Position numbers and translations under genes: made by a program
Assembly: GCA_965204535.1 (NCBI GenBank)
Contig: OZ241996.1
Coordinates: forward strand, 256,001 to 320,000
From: a bacterium
GTDB taxonomy: Bacteria; UBA8248
Direction of reading: 5' to 3'
Length of the DNA stretch: 64,000 nt
Shown here: one piece after another, positions 37,385 through 48,305 of the stretch
Layout of the letters: each line of letters begins with the position of its first letter
Numbering within the stretch: position 1 is the first letter of the stretch
The notes under the pieces: generated by a model
What the model saw: only the letters and a program-made list of their open reading frames with translations
Database searches by the model: none
What the model was told of the DNA's origin: nothing

Positions 37385-37448
37385 TTATTCACATTTTTTC
37401 CACAGCTTCTCCCCCGGATACCCCCGGATATTCCACGGCCTATCCACA
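37385..37448 (+). promoter_or_regulatory. DnaA-box cluster
   Basis: TTATTCACA (37385), TTTTCCACA (37396), CTATCCACA (37440). Confidence 0.55.
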
Positions 37449-37500
37449 AGAAATTGTGGTTTTGGGCAAAATAATCGTTGACGTGCCACTATATCTTGTG
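37445..37500. promoter_or_regulatory. Tandem NrdR boxes overlapping the dcd promoter
   Basis: CACAAGAAATTGTG (37445) and CACTATATCTTGTG (37487), 42 bp apart; TTGACG -35 at 37478. Confidence 0.7.
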
Positions 37501-37766
37501 GTTATATGATTTTCCTCGAAACATGATGACTACAGCGAATCCCAAGCGTGTCTCTCGGGCTTCGGACCGGAGAAGCGCTTGTCAGGTCTCCCCCGTTTCG
37601 GGCGGACAGGGGAGGTCGTCTGGGGGTGGGGGGAGTTGGTCTCCTCTCGCCCCCAGATATTATGTGCTCGGGAATTTCACCTCCCGGGATTTCGCGCATC
37701 GGTCGTTTTCGGTTTCAGGTGGGATCCGGGTTTTCACGAAGCGCCCCGGGAGACGAGGTTCACGCG

Positions 37767-38321
37767 ATGTCGATCAAGTCGGACAGGTGGATATCGAAGA
37801 TGGCGCGCGAGCACGGGATGATCGAACCCTTCGAGGACAAGCAGGTGCGCGAGGGCGCCATCTCCTACGGTGTCTCCTCCTACGGCTACGACATCCGCAT
37901 CGCCGATGAGTTCATGATTTTCACGAACGTGAACTCCACCATCGTGGATCCGAAGAATTTCGACGAGCGCTCGCTGGTCCACGTCAAGGACGACACCTGC
38001 ATCATCCCGCCCAATTCCTTCGCCCTCGCCAAGACGGTGGAGTATTTCCGCATCCCCAGGAGCGTGCTCACCGTCTGCGTCGGCAAGAGCACTTACGCGC
38101 GCTGCGGCATCATCGTCAACGTCACGCCCTTCGAACCCGAGTGGGAGGGCTTCGTCACCCTCGAAGTGTCGAACACCACGCCCCTGCCCGCCAAGATATA
38201 CGCGAACGAGGGAATCGCGCAGGTGCTGTTCTTCGAGAGCGACGAGGAGTGCGAGACCTCCTACGCCGACAAGAAGGGCAAATACCAGAAACAAAAGGGC
38301 CTCACCCTGGCGAAGCTGTAG
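37767..38321 (+). CDS. dcd: dCTP deaminase
   Basis: [44 protein letters not shown]. Confidence 0.96.
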   Translation: MSIKSDRWISKMAREHGMIEPFEDKQVREGAISYGVSSYGYDIRIADEFMIFTNVNSTIVDPKNFDERSLVHVKDDTCIIPPNSFALAKTVEYFRIPRSVLTVCVGKSTYARCGIIVNVTPFEPEWEGFVTLEVSNTTPLPAKIYANEGIAQVLFFESDEECETSYADKKGKYQKQKGLTLAKL

Positions 38322-38483
38322 GCCATGTTGTTTTTGTAGCGCGACCTGTACCTGCCTCCTCCCCAAACCCCTTGTTTTTCTTTTCCCTTTAATGTTTCGC
38401 GCTCCTGTTGTATGATGATCCCATACATTCCGCCCGTGAAGCGAAATCTCCCGCTTCTCCGGTTTGCTCGGGAGGCGTCGTCC

Positions 38484-38969
38484 GTGTCCCAGGAACTCTC
38501 TCATATCGACGAGCAGGGCCGCGCCCGCATGGTGGACGTGGGGGATAAGGAAGTCACCCGCCGCGAGGCCGTGGCGCGCGGCCGCCTCGAGATGGCGCCC
38601 GAAACCCTGCGACTGATTCTCGAAGGCGGTCTGCCCAAGGGCGACGTGCTGGGCACGGCGCGAATCGCCGGCGTCATGGCGGCGAAGCAGTGCGCGAACC
38701 TCATCCCGATGTGTCATCCGCTGCGTTTAACGAGCGTGGAAATAGACTTCTCGGCCGATGAGCCGCCCGGCGAATTGAGCATCGAGGCTGCCGTGCGCGC
38801 GCAGGACAGAACGGGTGTGGAGATGGAGGCCCTGACCGCCGTGAGCGTGGCGGGCCTTACCGTCTACGACATGTGCAAGGCGGTGGATAAGGGCATGGTG
38901 CTCTCGGATGTTCGGCTGGTGAGAAAAACGGGAGGAAAGAGCGGGGATTTCATGCTGGATGAAGAATAG
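38484..38969 (+). CDS. moaC: Cyclic pyranopterin monophosphate synthase MoaC
   Basis: [44 protein letters not shown]. Confidence 0.96.
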   Translation: MSQELSHIDEQGRARMVDVGDKEVTRREAVARGRLEMAPETLRLILEGGLPKGDVLGTARIAGVMAAKQCANLIPMCHPLRLTSVEIDFSADEPPGELSIEAAVRAQDRTGVEMEALTAVSVAGLTVYDMCKAVDKGMVLSDVRLVRKTGGKSGDFMLDEE

Positions 38970-39169
38970 CCATTTTTCGCTTCTTATTTTGGGGAGACGA
39001 TACGCCTGCCCCGCTTCGCCCTCCACTCGACCTGCCGGAATCAGACCGGAAGCCCGGCGCTTCATCATCGAAGGCGGAATTGATTCCGCCCGAAATCATT
39101 ACGTAACAAGGTTGTTATAGTATGCCACGGCAATATTTATCGTAATAAGATATTCCGGGGGAAATATAC

Positions 39170-40249
39170 ATGAATGAATCCACGAAGAAGATCTCGGTAG
39201 AGACGATACCGAAGGAGAAAAAGGCGGGCCCAAACCGCCTGGGCTTGATTCTGGGCGTTTTCTTCATCGTCCTGTGCGGCGTCCTGGGCGCTGCGCTCGC
39301 AGAAGCCCTGGGCGTGGCGGGCCGCGCGGCCGGCCTGGCCGGAGGCGCTTTGACGGGCGTTTTGCTGCTGGCGCTCGCGAGGGAACTCGGAAAGCTCAAG
39401 GTCGGCGTTCTGGCCGGCGGGGCCGCGGGCCTGCTCTTCGGCCTTCTGGCCGCCCTGCTGCTGTGCGCTCTTATCGGGGAGGCGTTTCCGCAAAACGTCC
39501 GTCCCCTGGCCGGCGCATTCATCGGCCTGCTTTTCAGTTGTATGGGCGTATTTCTCGGCTCGGTGGCGGGAAGCTTGTATTCACCGTCTCTTCCCGCCCA
39601 GGGAAAAGATGCGGGCGCCAAAAAACACCATCACGCCAAGATTCTCGACACCAGCGTGATCATCGACGGGCGCATCGCCGACATCTGCGAGGCGGGCTTC
39701 GTCGAAGGCCCCATGGTGGTGCCCCAGTTCGTGCTCAAGGAATTGCAGCAGATCGCCGATTCCTCTGATTCCCTGAAACGAAACCGCGGCCGACGCGGTC
39801 TCGACGTCCTCCAGCGGATTCAGCAGAACCAGGACCTCGACATCGACATTGTCGAAACGGACTTCCCCCGCGTGAAGGAGGTGGACACCAAGCTCGTGCT
39901 CCTGGGCAAGGAGATATGCGGCAAGGTGATGACCAACGATTTCAACCTGAACAAGGTGGCCGAACTCCAGGGGGTGCGCGTTCTCAACATCAACGAGCTG
40001 GCCAACGCGGTGAAGCCGGTCGTCCTGCCCGGCGAGGACATGAGCGTGTTTGTCATCAAGGAGGGCAAGGAGCACAACCAGGGCGTCGGCTATCTGGATG
40101 ACGGGACGATGGTGGTGGTGGATAACGCCAAGAACCGAATCGGCGACCAGATCGCCGTCTCCGTGACGAGCGTCCTGCAGACCACCGCCGGGCGGATGAT
40201 TTTTACGAAAATACGAGATGAAGCCGAACTATCGCAAACCGGCGCCTGA
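39170..40249 (+). CDS. Membrane PIN/TRAM domain protein (YacL-like)
   Basis: TM N-terminus; [46 protein letters not shown]. Confidence 0.93.
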   Translation: MNESTKKISVETIPKEKKAGPNRLGLILGVFFIVLCGVLGAALAEALGVAGRAAGLAGGALTGVLLLALARELGKLKVGVLAGGAAGLLFGLLAALLLCALIGEAFPQNVRPLAGAFIGLLFSCMGVFLGSVAGSLYSPSLPAQGKDAGAKKHHHAKILDTSVIIDGRIADICEAGFVEGPMVVPQFVLKELQQIADSSDSLKRNRGRRGLDVLQRIQQNQDLDIDIVETDFPRVKEVDTKLVLLGKEICGKVMTNDFNLNKVAELQGVRVLNINELANAVKPVVLPGEDMSVFVIKEGKEHNQGVGYLDDGTMVVVDNAKNRIGDQIAVSVTSVLQTTAGRMIFTKIRDEAELSQTGA

Positions 40250-40982
40250 GCGCGCGCTCTCTTCTTCTGCTTTGCCGGATCCCGACGAGACGGCGGCCAT
40301 CGTTCCCGCTGCAGGCAAGGGCTTGCGCCTGCCCGGCGCGGTCGCCAAGCAGTTCCAAATCCTCGCCGGAAAACCCCTGTTCCATCATGCTCTATTGCGA
40401 ATCGCGCGGGCGGGCCTCGTGGGGCGAGTCGTCGTGGCGGTTCCCCCCGGCGCGGACCCGCCCGAGCTTCCTGAGGGAATTGGCGTAGAGGTTCAGGTCG
40501 TCGAAGGCGGGCAGCGCCGCCAGGATTCGGTGCGAAACGGGCTCGACCTCCTGGGAGATGATGTTTCCTGGGTCGTCGTGCACGACGGGGCGCGTCCTCT
40601 GGTGACGCCCGATCTGATAGAGAGGTGCCTCATCGGCGCGGCGGAGACCGGCGCCGCCATCGCGGCCCTGCCCGTGGTGGATACGGTGAAGACGGGCGAC
40701 GCCGAGGGATTCATCGAATCGACGCGCCCGCGCGAGGGCCTCTGGCTCGCCCAGACGCCCCAGGCGGCGCGGCGCGAACTGCTCGTCCGCGCGATGGAGT
40801 GGGCGGACGCGAATGATTTCGAGGGAACCGACGAGGCGGCCCTGCTCGAGGCCGTCGGCGTTCGGGTGAAACTGGTCGAGGGCAGCGCGCAGAACATCAA
40901 GGTGACGACGCCCGGCGACGTCGAGCGCGCGGTGCGGCTGATGGAACTCGAAAAACATGCCGAAGCGGAGGCTTCCACATGA
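40218..40982 (+). CDS. ispD: MEP cytidylyltransferase
   Basis: [39 protein letters not shown]. Confidence 0.95.
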   Translation: MKPNYRKPAPERALSSSALPDPDETAAIVPAAGKGLRLPGAVAKQFQILAGKPLFHHALLRIARAGLVGRVVVAVPPGADPPELPEGIGVEVQVVEGGQRRQDSVRNGLDLLGDDVSWVVVHDGARPLVTPDLIERCLIGAAETGAAIAALPVVDTVKTGDAEGFIESTRPREGLWLAQTPQAARRELLVRAMEWADANDFEGTDEAALLEAVGVRVKLVEGSAQNIKVTTPGDVERAVRLMELEKHAEAEAST

Positions 40983-41461
40983 TACGCGTCGGGGTAGGCT
41001 ACGACGTCCACCGCTTCGAGGCGGGTCGCAAGCTCATTCTCGGGGGCGTGGAGATTCCCTTTGAGCGGGGTCTCGCCGGGCACTCCGACGCCGATGCGCT
41101 CATCCACGCGATCATCGACGCATTGTTGGGCGCGGCGGCCCTGGGCGACATCGGCAGTCATTTTCCCGATACGGACGAGACGTATCGCGGCGCGGACAGC
41201 CGGGAACTCCTCGCGCGCGCCGTGGCGCTTCTCGCCGAGCGCGGCATGAGGCCGGGGAACGTGGATTCCGTGGTCGTGGCGGAAAGGCCGAAACTCGCTC
41301 CTCATATCCCCGAGATGCGAGAGGTCATCTCTTCCGTTCTGGGAATTCCGCCCGATCGGGTGGGTATCAAGGCGACGACGGGCGAGGGGCTCGGCTTCGC
41401 GGGCCGCGAGGAGGGCGTCGCGGCGCACGCGGTTTGCACCATAAGCGTGGAGTCTCCTTGA
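40979..41461 (+). CDS. ispF: MECDP synthase
   Basis: GYDVH, HSDAD, GDIGSHFP, KATTGEGLG. Confidence 0.96.
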   Translation: MIRVGVGYDVHRFEAGRKLILGGVEIPFERGLAGHSDADALIHAIIDALLGAAALGDIGSHFPDTDETYRGADSRELLARAVALLAERGMRPGNVDSVVVAERPKLAPHIPEMREVISSVLGIPPDRVGIKATTGEGLGFAGREEGVAAHAVCTISVESP

Positions 41462-41553
41462 CGCCCATCGGCGGGGCATGACAAATTCTCCCCCGGATAC
41501 GACCTGAAGCGCATTTTCACGCCTGAATTTACGGGTTTTCCGGAGAGAGTCAT

Positions 41554-43017
41554 TTGAGTCTGCAGCTATACAACACTTTGACGAAGATGAAAGAACCCTT
41601 CGTGCCCTTGGAAGAAGGCCGCGTGAAGATGTATGTGTGCGGGGTGACGGTGTACGACCACTGCCATCTCGGCCACGCGCGCGCCGCCATCGTTTTCGAC
41701 GTGATTCACCGCTATTTCGAATACCGCGGCTACGATGTTCTCTTCGTGTGCAACTTCACGGACGTGGACGACAAGATCATCGCCCGCGCCAGGCGTCTCA
41801 AGATTCCCATCAATGAGCTGACAGAGAAGTTCATCGGCGAATACTACGTCGACATGGATGCGCTCGGCGTTCGGCGGGCGGACATCGCCCCGCGCGCCAC
41901 GGAGAACATCGAGGGCATGATCGAGATGATCGAAAAACTCATCGAGAAGGGAATCGCCTACGAAGTCGCGGGCAACGTGTATTACGACATCGAGAAATTC
42001 GCAGACTACGGCAAGCTCTCGGGCCGCAACACCGAGGAACTCGAAGCCGGCCACCGCATCGAACCGGGCGAGGGCAAGCGCAACCCGCTCGACTTCACCC
42101 TCTGGAAGACGGCGAAGCCCGGCGAGCCCGAATGGGAGAGTCCCTGGGGGCCTGGCCGCCCCGGCTGGCACATTGAGTGCTCCGTCATGTCGAGCCGATA
42201 TCTGGGCGATCGTTTCGACATCCACGGCGGGGGGGAGGATCTGGTGTTCCCCCACCATGAGAACGAGATTGCGCAGAGCGAGGGCTGCTTCGGGCACGAG
42301 TGGGTGCGCTACTGGGTGCACAACGGCTTCGTGCAGATCAACCACGAGAAGATGAGCAAATCGAAGGGCAACTTCTTCACCATCAAGGCGATTCTGGAAG
42401 ACCACCCCGCCGAGGTGATCCGCTATTTCCTGCTGGGGACGCACTACAGGCACCCGGTGGATTATTCGGATCAGGTGGTGGGTGAGGCGAGGAAAGGGCT
42501 GGACAGGCTCTACAACGTGCGGCTCAGGCTCGCGCGAAGCGGCGGGGAGGATACGGGTGGCTGGCGCGAGCGGGTGGAGGAGGAGGCCGCCGCCTTCCGC
42601 GCCCAGTTCACCGAAGCGATGGACGATGACTTCAACACCGCGCGCGCCCTGGGGTATCTCTTCGACTTCGCGCGCCGGATAAACGGATTCATCAACGAGG
42701 CGGGCGCGCTGCCCGAATCCGCAGCCGCCCTTGCGCGCGGCGTATTCGAGGAGGTGGGCGAAGTTCTGGGTCTGTTCGCCCACCCGCCCGAGGAGTGGTT
42801 CCGAAGCGCCGCGGGCGCTCTGTCCTCGGATGGGGATGAGGAACAAAACGGCGTCCTGCGCGATGAGGATATAGAAAACCTGCTCGAAAAACGCGCGCAG
42901 GCGCGGGCGAGCAGGGATTTCCCCGAGGCCGACCGGATCCGGGAGGAACTCGCGGAGGCCGGCATCGTCCTGGAAGACGGCCCCGACGGCACCCTCTGGA
43001 AGCGAAGGGTACCGTGA
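41554..43017 (+). CDS. cysS: Cysteine--tRNA ligase
   Basis: YVCGVTVY, HLGH, PGWHIECS, FPHHENE, KMSKS. Confidence 0.97.
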   Translation: MSLQLYNTLTKMKEPFVPLEEGRVKMYVCGVTVYDHCHLGHARAAIVFDVIHRYFEYRGYDVLFVCNFTDVDDKIIARARRLKIPINELTEKFIGEYYVDMDALGVRRADIAPRATENIEGMIEMIEKLIEKGIAYEVAGNVYYDIEKFADYGKLSGRNTEELEAGHRIEPGEGKRNPLDFTLWKTAKPGEPEWESPWGPGRPGWHIECSVMSSRYLGDRFDIHGGGEDLVFPHHENEIAQSEGCFGHEWVRYWVHNGFVQINHEKMSKSKGNFFTIKAILEDHPAEVIRYFLLGTHYRHPVDYSDQVVGEARKGLDRLYNVRLRLARSGGEDTGGWRERVEEEAAAFRAQFTEAMDDDFNTARALGYLFDFARRINGFINEAGALPESAAALARGVFEEVGEVLGLFAHPPEEWFRSAAGALSSDGDEEQNGVLRDEDIENLLEKRAQARASRDFPEADRIREELAEAGIVLEDGPDGTLWKRRVP

Positions 43018-43088
43018 ACGCCGCGCGGGGGCGAGGCCGAAGGTTCCGGTCTCGCCGGGTTTCATCTCATCACCGAAGAGCATAACCC

Positions 43089-43853
43089 TTGAAACGGAAA
43101 CCCGAATACGTCTGCGGGGCGCACAGCGTGCCGGCGGCTCTCGCGCGCGGGCCGGGGCGGGTGAAGCGGCTCCTCATTGCCGATGGCCGCCGGAGCCGCC
43201 GGGTGTCCGAGGCGGTGCGGCTCGCGGAGTCATCCGGCATACCCGTCGAGGTGCTCGACTCCAGGAAACTCGCGAAAATGGCCGCCACGGCGCAGCATCA
43301 AAGCCTGGTGGCGGAGGTGCATCCCACGCCGCTTCTCTCACTCGATGATCTCATCGAAGCGCAACCCGCGGCGGCTCCGCCCGTTTTACTGCTCGACGGG
43401 GTGCAGGACCCGAGGAATTTCGGCGCTATCCTGAGGAGCGCGGCGGCTCTGGGGGCGGGCGGGGTGGTCTGGCCGAAGGATGGGGCCGTGGGCCTCACGC
43501 CCGTCGCCGCGAAGGCGGCCGCGGGCGCGCTGGAGGTCGTGCCGCTCGCGCGCGTGACGAATCTGGCCCGCGCCGTCTCCGCGCTCAAGGAAGCGGGCTA
43601 CTGGGCGCTGGCGGCGGATGCGCGAGGCGATAAGACGCTGGGCGTCGATGAATTGCCCCGGCCCTGTTGTCTGGTCATCGGAGCGGAGGGCAGGGGCGTG
43701 CGGCCGCTCGTGTTGAAGAACTGCGACGTGCGCGTGCGGATTCCCATGGAGGAGGGCGTGGTGTCTTCGCTGAATGCCTCGGTCGCCGCGGCGATCCTGC
43801 TCCACGGATTATGCGAGAATCGCGCGGAGGACGAGGGCGCGGCTCAGGTGTAG
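43089..43853 (+). CDS. rlmB: 23S rRNA Gm2251 methyltransferase RlmB
   Basis: LDGVQDPRNFGAILRS, GAEGRG, SSLNASVA SPOUT motifs; follows cysS. Confidence 0.9.
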   Translation: MKRKPEYVCGAHSVPAALARGPGRVKRLLIADGRRSRRVSEAVRLAESSGIPVEVLDSRKLAKMAATAQHQSLVAEVHPTPLLSLDDLIEAQPAAAPPVLLLDGVQDPRNFGAILRSAAALGAGGVVWPKDGAVGLTPVAAKAAAGALEVVPLARVTNLARAVSALKEAGYWALAADARGDKTLGVDELPRPCCLVIGAEGRGVRPLVLKNCDVRVRIPMEEGVVSSLNASVAAAILLHGLCENRAEDEGAAQV

Positions 43854-43943
43854 GCCTCTCCCTCGTGGGCGCCTTGATATCCGGGGTCGAACCCCCGACC
43901 CTGCGCTCCTTGCGTTTCGCTCTCTCCAGGGGGATAAAGGGGG

Positions 43944-43972
43944 TTGACAAGGTGCGTCGGTGGGCCTAATTT
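43944..43972 (+). promoter_or_regulatory. Sigma-70 promoter of the tRNA/tuf operon
   Basis: TTGACA-17 bp-TAATTT with GC-rich discriminator. Confidence 0.7.
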
Positions 43973-43987
43973 AACCCGCCTTTGCGG

Positions 43988-44063
43988 GCTGGCGTAGCTC
44001 AGCTGGTAGAGCAGCTGATTTGTAATCAGCAGGTCGGAGGTTCGAGTCCTCTCGCCAGCTCCA
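43988..44063 (+). tRNA. tRNA-Thr(UGU)
   Basis: Cloverleaf, anticodon TGT, TTCGA, CCA end. Confidence 0.96.
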
Positions 44064-44182
44064 CGGCGGGACGCGCCTCCCGGACATCTTGGATAAGATA
44101 GAAACGGCTTCGGGGAGTCGATGGTTCCCGCGAGGTTTTTTTGATAGCTTTTATGGTTGTTTTTGAGGAACGGCGGTTTTCC

Positions 44183-44267
44183 GGGGAGGTTCCCGAGTGG
44201 CCAAAGGGATCAGACTGTAAATCTGACGGCTCAGCCTTCGGAGGTTCGAATCCTCCCCTCCCCACCA
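44183..44267 (+). tRNA. tRNA-Tyr(GUA)
   Basis: Anticodon GTA, long variable arm, CCA end. Confidence 0.96.
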
Positions 44268-44315
44268 GCAGACAGATAGTCGGGACGCTTTGAGACGGGC
44301 GCTTTGGATTCAGAA

Positions 44316-44391
44316 GCGGGAATAGCTCAGATGGTAGAGCATCAGCCTTCCAAGCTGAGGGTCGCGGGTTCGAGCCCCGTTTCCCGCTCCA
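44316..44391 (+). tRNA. tRNA-Gly(UCC)
   Basis: Anticodon TCC, CCA end. Confidence 0.96.
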
Positions 44392-44571
44392 GGATGATTC
44401 GAGGCTTTCGCCTTTTCTTGATATGAGTTTCATTCGTGTGGATTTTGGCTCCCGGGGTTGCTCTGGACGGGATAAGTTGTATTATCCGCCCGGAGCGAAT
44501 GCCGGGGGTCATCGTTCGCCGAGGTTGCTCCGGCTGAAACAAATGATGTTCGCATGCCCGGGGCGTAGCCG

Positions 44572-44647
44572 GCCCACGTAGCTCAGCCGGCAGAGCACTT
44601 CCTTGGTAAGGAAGAGGTCACCGGTTCAAGTCCGGTCGTGGGCTCCA
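44572..44647 (+). tRNA. tRNA-Thr(GGU)
   Basis: Anticodon GGT, CCA end; classic Thr-Tyr-Gly-Thr-tuf cluster. Confidence 0.95.
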
Positions 44648-44877
44648 GGGCAGGCGAAGTTCATTGAAATTTCGAGGTTCGTGCATTATTCTGCAAGCAG
44701 CATGAAACGCCCTGGAATCCCTCGGGTTCGCATGGTTTCCCTTTGGCGATGGACAAGGTTTCGGCCGAGCGGGTATAAAGGCGCGTTTTTCGGGAATGGC
44801 AAGGTAGAGAGGAAAGGGTTCCTCTCCCCATGAAGATAATTGTTTTTTGAATATTCAACAGAAGGAGAATTCGCGTC

Positions 44878-46056
44878 ATGGCGAAGGCGAAGTTTGAGCG
44901 CACGAAGCCGCACGTGAACGTGGGGACGATAGGTCACGTGGACCACGGGAAGACGACGTTGACGGCCGCGATCACGAGGCACCTCTCGCAGAAGGGGATG
45001 GCGGAGGAGATCGGGTTCGACGAGATCGACAAGGCGCCCGAAGAACGCGAGCGGGGTATCACGATAGCGACGGCGCACGTGGAGTACGAGACGGAGAACC
45101 GCCACTACGCGCACGTGGACTGTCCGGGCCATGCGGACTACGTGAAGAACATGATAACGGGCGCGGCGCAGATGGACGGCGCGATACTGGTGGTTTCGGC
45201 GGCGGACGGACCGATGCCGCAGACGCGCGAGCACATCCTGCTGGCCCGCCAGGTGGGGGTACCCTACATCTGCGTGTATCTCAACAAAGTCGATATGGTG
45301 GACGACGAGGAGCTCCTGGAGCTGGTCGAGCTGGAAGTCCGCGAGCTTCTCTCGACCTACGAGTTCCCGGGCGACGACATCCCGGTGGTGCCGGGTTCTG
45401 CGCTACGGGCACTTGAGGGGAGCGACACCTCCTCGATAGACGATTTGATGGAGGCGGTGGACGGCTATATCCCCGAACCCGTACGCGACGTCGACAAACC
45501 GTTCCTGATGCCGGTGGAGGACGTTTTCTCGATATCGGGCCGGGGAACGGTGGCGACGGGCCGCGTGGAGCGCGGGATCGTGAACGTTGGGGATGAGGTG
45601 GAGATCGTGGGCATCACGGACACGAGGAAGACCGTCGCCACGGGCGTTGAGATGTTCCGGAAGCTCCTGGATCAGGGCCAGGCGGGCGACAACGTGGGGG
45701 TATTGCTCCGGGGTGTGAAGAAAGACGAGATAGAGCGCGGTCAGGTTTTGGCGGAGCCTGCGTCGATCAAGCCGCACCTCAAGTTCAAGGGCGAGGTGTA
45801 CATCCTGACGAAAGAAGAGGGCGGTCGCCACACGCCGTTTTTCAACGGGTACCGTCCGCAGTTTTATTTCCGGACGACGGACGTGACGGGACTGGTGACG
45901 CTGCCCGAGGGCCGGGAGATGGTGATGCCCGGGGACAACGTATCGCTGGACGTGGAGTTGATCACGCCGATAGCGATGGAGCGCGAGCTACGCTTCGCGA
46001 TACGCGAGGGGGGCCGCACGGTGGGGGCCGGCGTCGTCACCGAGGTCGTCGAGTAG
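44878..46056 (+). CDS. tuf: Elongation factor Tu, copy 1
   Basis: [21 protein letters not shown]. Confidence 0.99.
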   Translation: MAKAKFERTKPHVNVGTIGHVDHGKTTLTAAITRHLSQKGMAEEIGFDEIDKAPEERERGITIATAHVEYETENRHYAHVDCPGHADYVKNMITGAAQMDGAILVVSAADGPMPQTREHILLARQVGVPYICVYLNKVDMVDDEELLELVELEVRELLSTYEFPGDDIPVVPGSALRALEGSDTSSIDDLMEAVDGYIPEPVRDVDKPFLMPVEDVFSISGRGTVATGRVERGIVNVGDEVEIVGITDTRKTVATGVEMFRKLLDQGQAGDNVGVLLRGVKKDEIERGQVLAEPASIKPHLKFKGEVYILTKEEGGRHTPFFNGYRPQFYFRTTDVTGLVTLPEGREMVMPGDNVSLDVELITPIAMERELRFAIREGGRTVGAGVVTEVVE

Positions 46057-46097
46057 AGCGGACAAGGCGGTCGTTTCGGAACAATAAAGGTTTTCAC

Positions 46098-46174
46098 AGG
46101 CCAGTGGCTCAATTTGGTAGAGCACCGGACTCCAAATCCGGCGGTTGGGGGTTCGAGTCCCTCCTGGCCTGCCA
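46098..46174 (+). tRNA. tRNA-Trp(CCA)
   Basis: Anticodon CCA; precedes secE. Confidence 0.95.
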
Positions 46175-46233
46175 TGAACCCGGGGCCGGGCCTTGATTCG
46201 AAAACGTCGTAAGCGGCTGCGGAGAGCGGATGT

Positions 46234-46449
46234 ATGAATAACAAGGTGATGGGCTGGATTCATCAGGGGCGCACCTTTCTGCGTGACGTGCAGAGCGAAG
46301 CGAAGCGCGTGACGTGGCTCGATATGCGCCAGACGGCGGCGCAAACCGCCATGGCCCTCGTGTTCGTCTTCATCATTGCGATATATTTGGGGCTCGTCGA
46401 CTTGGCGTTGTCCCGAGCCGTCAGCTATTTCCTCAATTTCGGCTTCTAA
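46234..46449 (+). CDS. secE: Preprotein translocase SecE
   Basis: FLRDVQSEAKRVTW plus one TM; position before nusG. Confidence 0.92.
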   Translation: MNNKVMGWIHQGRTFLRDVQSEAKRVTWLDMRQTAAQTAMALVFVFIIAIYLGLVDLALSRAVSYFLNFGF

Positions 46450-46463
46450 GTCAGGATTCCGGC

Positions 46464-46991
46464 ATGTCCATGAACTGGTACGTGGTGCACACTTATTCGG
46501 GTTTTGAAAACAAGGTGAAGCGCTCGATCGAAGAGCAGTTTCGCGGGAAGGAATACGAGGAGAAACTCGGTGAAATCGTGGTTCCCACCGAGCAGGTGGT
46601 GAAGGTGAAGGGCGGGAAGAGGCGCACGACCAACCGGAAATTCTTCCCCGGCTACATCCTGATTAAGATGGAGTGCGACGAGGACACCTGGTATGTCGTC
46701 AAGAACACGCCGAAGGTAACGGGTTTTCTGGGCGGAACGGCGCCGAGTCCCCTTTCTGAAGGCGAGATGGAAAACATCCTCAAGCAGATGAGCGGAGAGG
46801 CCGAGAAGCCCAAGCCCAAGATCGATTTCGAAAAAGGCGAGAGCATCCGGGTGATAGACGGGCCTTTCGTGAACTTCACCGGCGAGATCGACGAGGTTCA
46901 CGCCGACAGAGGAAAGCTCAAGGTCATGGTCAGCATTTTCGGCCGGGCGACGCCCGTGGAACTCGAGATGCTCCAGGTGGAGAAGGTATAG
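46464..46991 (+). CDS. nusG: Transcription factor NusG
   Basis: WYVVHTYSGFENKV, FFPGY, KOW GPFVNF, SIFGRATPVEL. Confidence 0.97.
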   Translation: MSMNWYVVHTYSGFENKVKRSIEEQFRGKEYEEKLGEIVVPTEQVVKVKGGKRRTTNRKFFPGYILIKMECDEDTWYVVKNTPKVTGFLGGTAPSPLSEGEMENILKQMSGEAEKPKPKIDFEKGESIRVIDGPFVNFTGEIDEVHADRGKLKVMVSIFGRATPVELEMLQVEKV

Positions 46992-47093
46992 GGAAGAAAA
47001 GGTTTATCGGAGGCGCGGCGTTCGCCGCGTCCGGGAGATAGAGCGAGGCGCAGCCCGGGCAAGTCTCAGGCTTTGTCGCTCCGAGAGGGGAAA

Positions 47094-47519
47094 ATGGCGA
47101 AAGAAGCGGTTGGCATCATCAAACTTCAAATACCGGCCGGTCAGGCGAACCCCGCCCCGCCCGTCGGTCCCGCGCTCGGCCAGCAGGGCGTGAACATCAT
47201 GGAGTTCTGCAAGGCCTTCAACGCGCAGACCCAGGGCAAGGAGGGCACGATCATACCGGTCGTGATCTCGGTGTACGCGGACAAGAGCTTCACCTTCATC
47301 ATGAAGAGTCCGCCGGCCTCCGCTCTCCTCAAACAGGCCGCCGCCCTGGCGAAAGGCTCCTCCGAACCCGGACGCGAGGGTGTCGGCAGCGTGACGCGAA
47401 AACAACTCGAGGAAATCGCGGAGATCAAGAAAGAGGACCTGAACAGCGCCGACCTCGACGGGGCCGTCCGGATCATCGAGGGTACGGCCCGCAGCATGGG
47501 GATCGAGGTCAGCGGGTAG
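47094..47519 (+). CDS. rplK: 50S ribosomal protein L11
   Basis: [13 protein letters not shown]. Confidence 0.98.
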   Translation: MAKEAVGIIKLQIPAGQANPAPPVGPALGQQGVNIMEFCKAFNAQTQGKEGTIIPVVISVYADKSFTFIMKSPPASALLKQAAALAKGSSEPGREGVGSVTRKQLEEIAEIKKEDLNSADLDGAVRIIEGTARSMGIEVSG

Positions 47520-47533
47520 TTTTTATTTTACCA

Positions 47534-47570
47534 GGTGGGAGGCGTCCGCTCCGGGCGTCGTTCGAACCAC
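47534..47570 (+). promoter_or_regulatory. L1-binding leader upstream of rplA
   Basis: GTGG-GAG-GCGTCCG...CGGGCGTC-GTTCGAA-CCAC resembles L1 autoregulatory sites. Confidence 0.55.
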
Positions 47571-47588
47571 GAAGGAGGAGGCAGGCGA

Positions 47589-48293
47589 ATGCCCAGGCAC
47601 GGCAGGAAATACAAAGAAGCCCGGGAGCGGATCGATAGGGAAAAACAGATTCCGCTCGCAGAGGCCGTTGGTTTGTTGAAGGAGATATCGACGGCGAAAT
47701 TCGACGAAACCGTCGAGATCAGCGCCAAACTCGGCGTCGACCCGCGCCATGCGGAGCAGATGGTGAGGGGAAGCGTCGCTTTGCCCAACGGCATCGGCAA
47801 GGAAGAGCGCGTCGTGGCGTTCGCCAAGGGCGAGAAAGTGGCCGAGGCCAAAGAGGCGGGCGCCGAGTACGTGGGTGCGGATGATCTGGCCGAGAAGATT
47901 CAGGGCGGCTGGATGGAGTTCGACCGCGTGGTGGCGACGCCGGACGTCATGAGCGTCGTGGGCAAGCTCGGGCGGGTGCTTGGCCCGCGCGGCATGATGC
48001 CCAACCCGAAATCCGGCACCGTCTCCTTCGACGTGGGCCGCATGGTTCGGGAGATCAAGGCGGGCAAGGTGGAATACCGCGTGGACAAGGCGGGCATTAT
48101 TCACGCCCCGGTCGGAAAGGTGAGTTTCGAAGAGAAGGCGCTCTCCGAGAACATCTCCGCAGTCGTGGATGCGCTCGTTCGCGCGAAGCCCGCGGCGAGC
48201 AAGGGGGTGTACTTCAAGGGCCTCACCATCTCCAGCACGATGGGGCCCGGCGTGAAGGTCGACCACCAGTCTCTTCTCGCGGCATTGAAATAG
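47589..48293 (+). CDS. rplA: 50S ribosomal protein L1
   Basis: [24 protein letters not shown]. Confidence 0.98.
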   Translation: MPRHGRKYKEARERIDREKQIPLAEAVGLLKEISTAKFDETVEISAKLGVDPRHAEQMVRGSVALPNGIGKEERVVAFAKGEKVAEAKEAGAEYVGADDLAEKIQGGWMEFDRVVATPDVMSVVGKLGRVLGPRGMMPNPKSGTVSFDVGRMVREIKAGKVEYRVDKAGIIHAPVGKVSFEEKALSENISAVVDALVRAKPAASKGVYFKGLTISSTMGPGVKVDHQSLLAALK

Positions 48294-48305
48294 GGAGGCC
48301 CTGAA

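Noticed and set aside
37380-37510. Replication origin oriC
   Set aside because: Only about three DnaA boxes, no clear DUE, no dnaA/gidA/parAB nearby; promoter regulation is more parsimonious.
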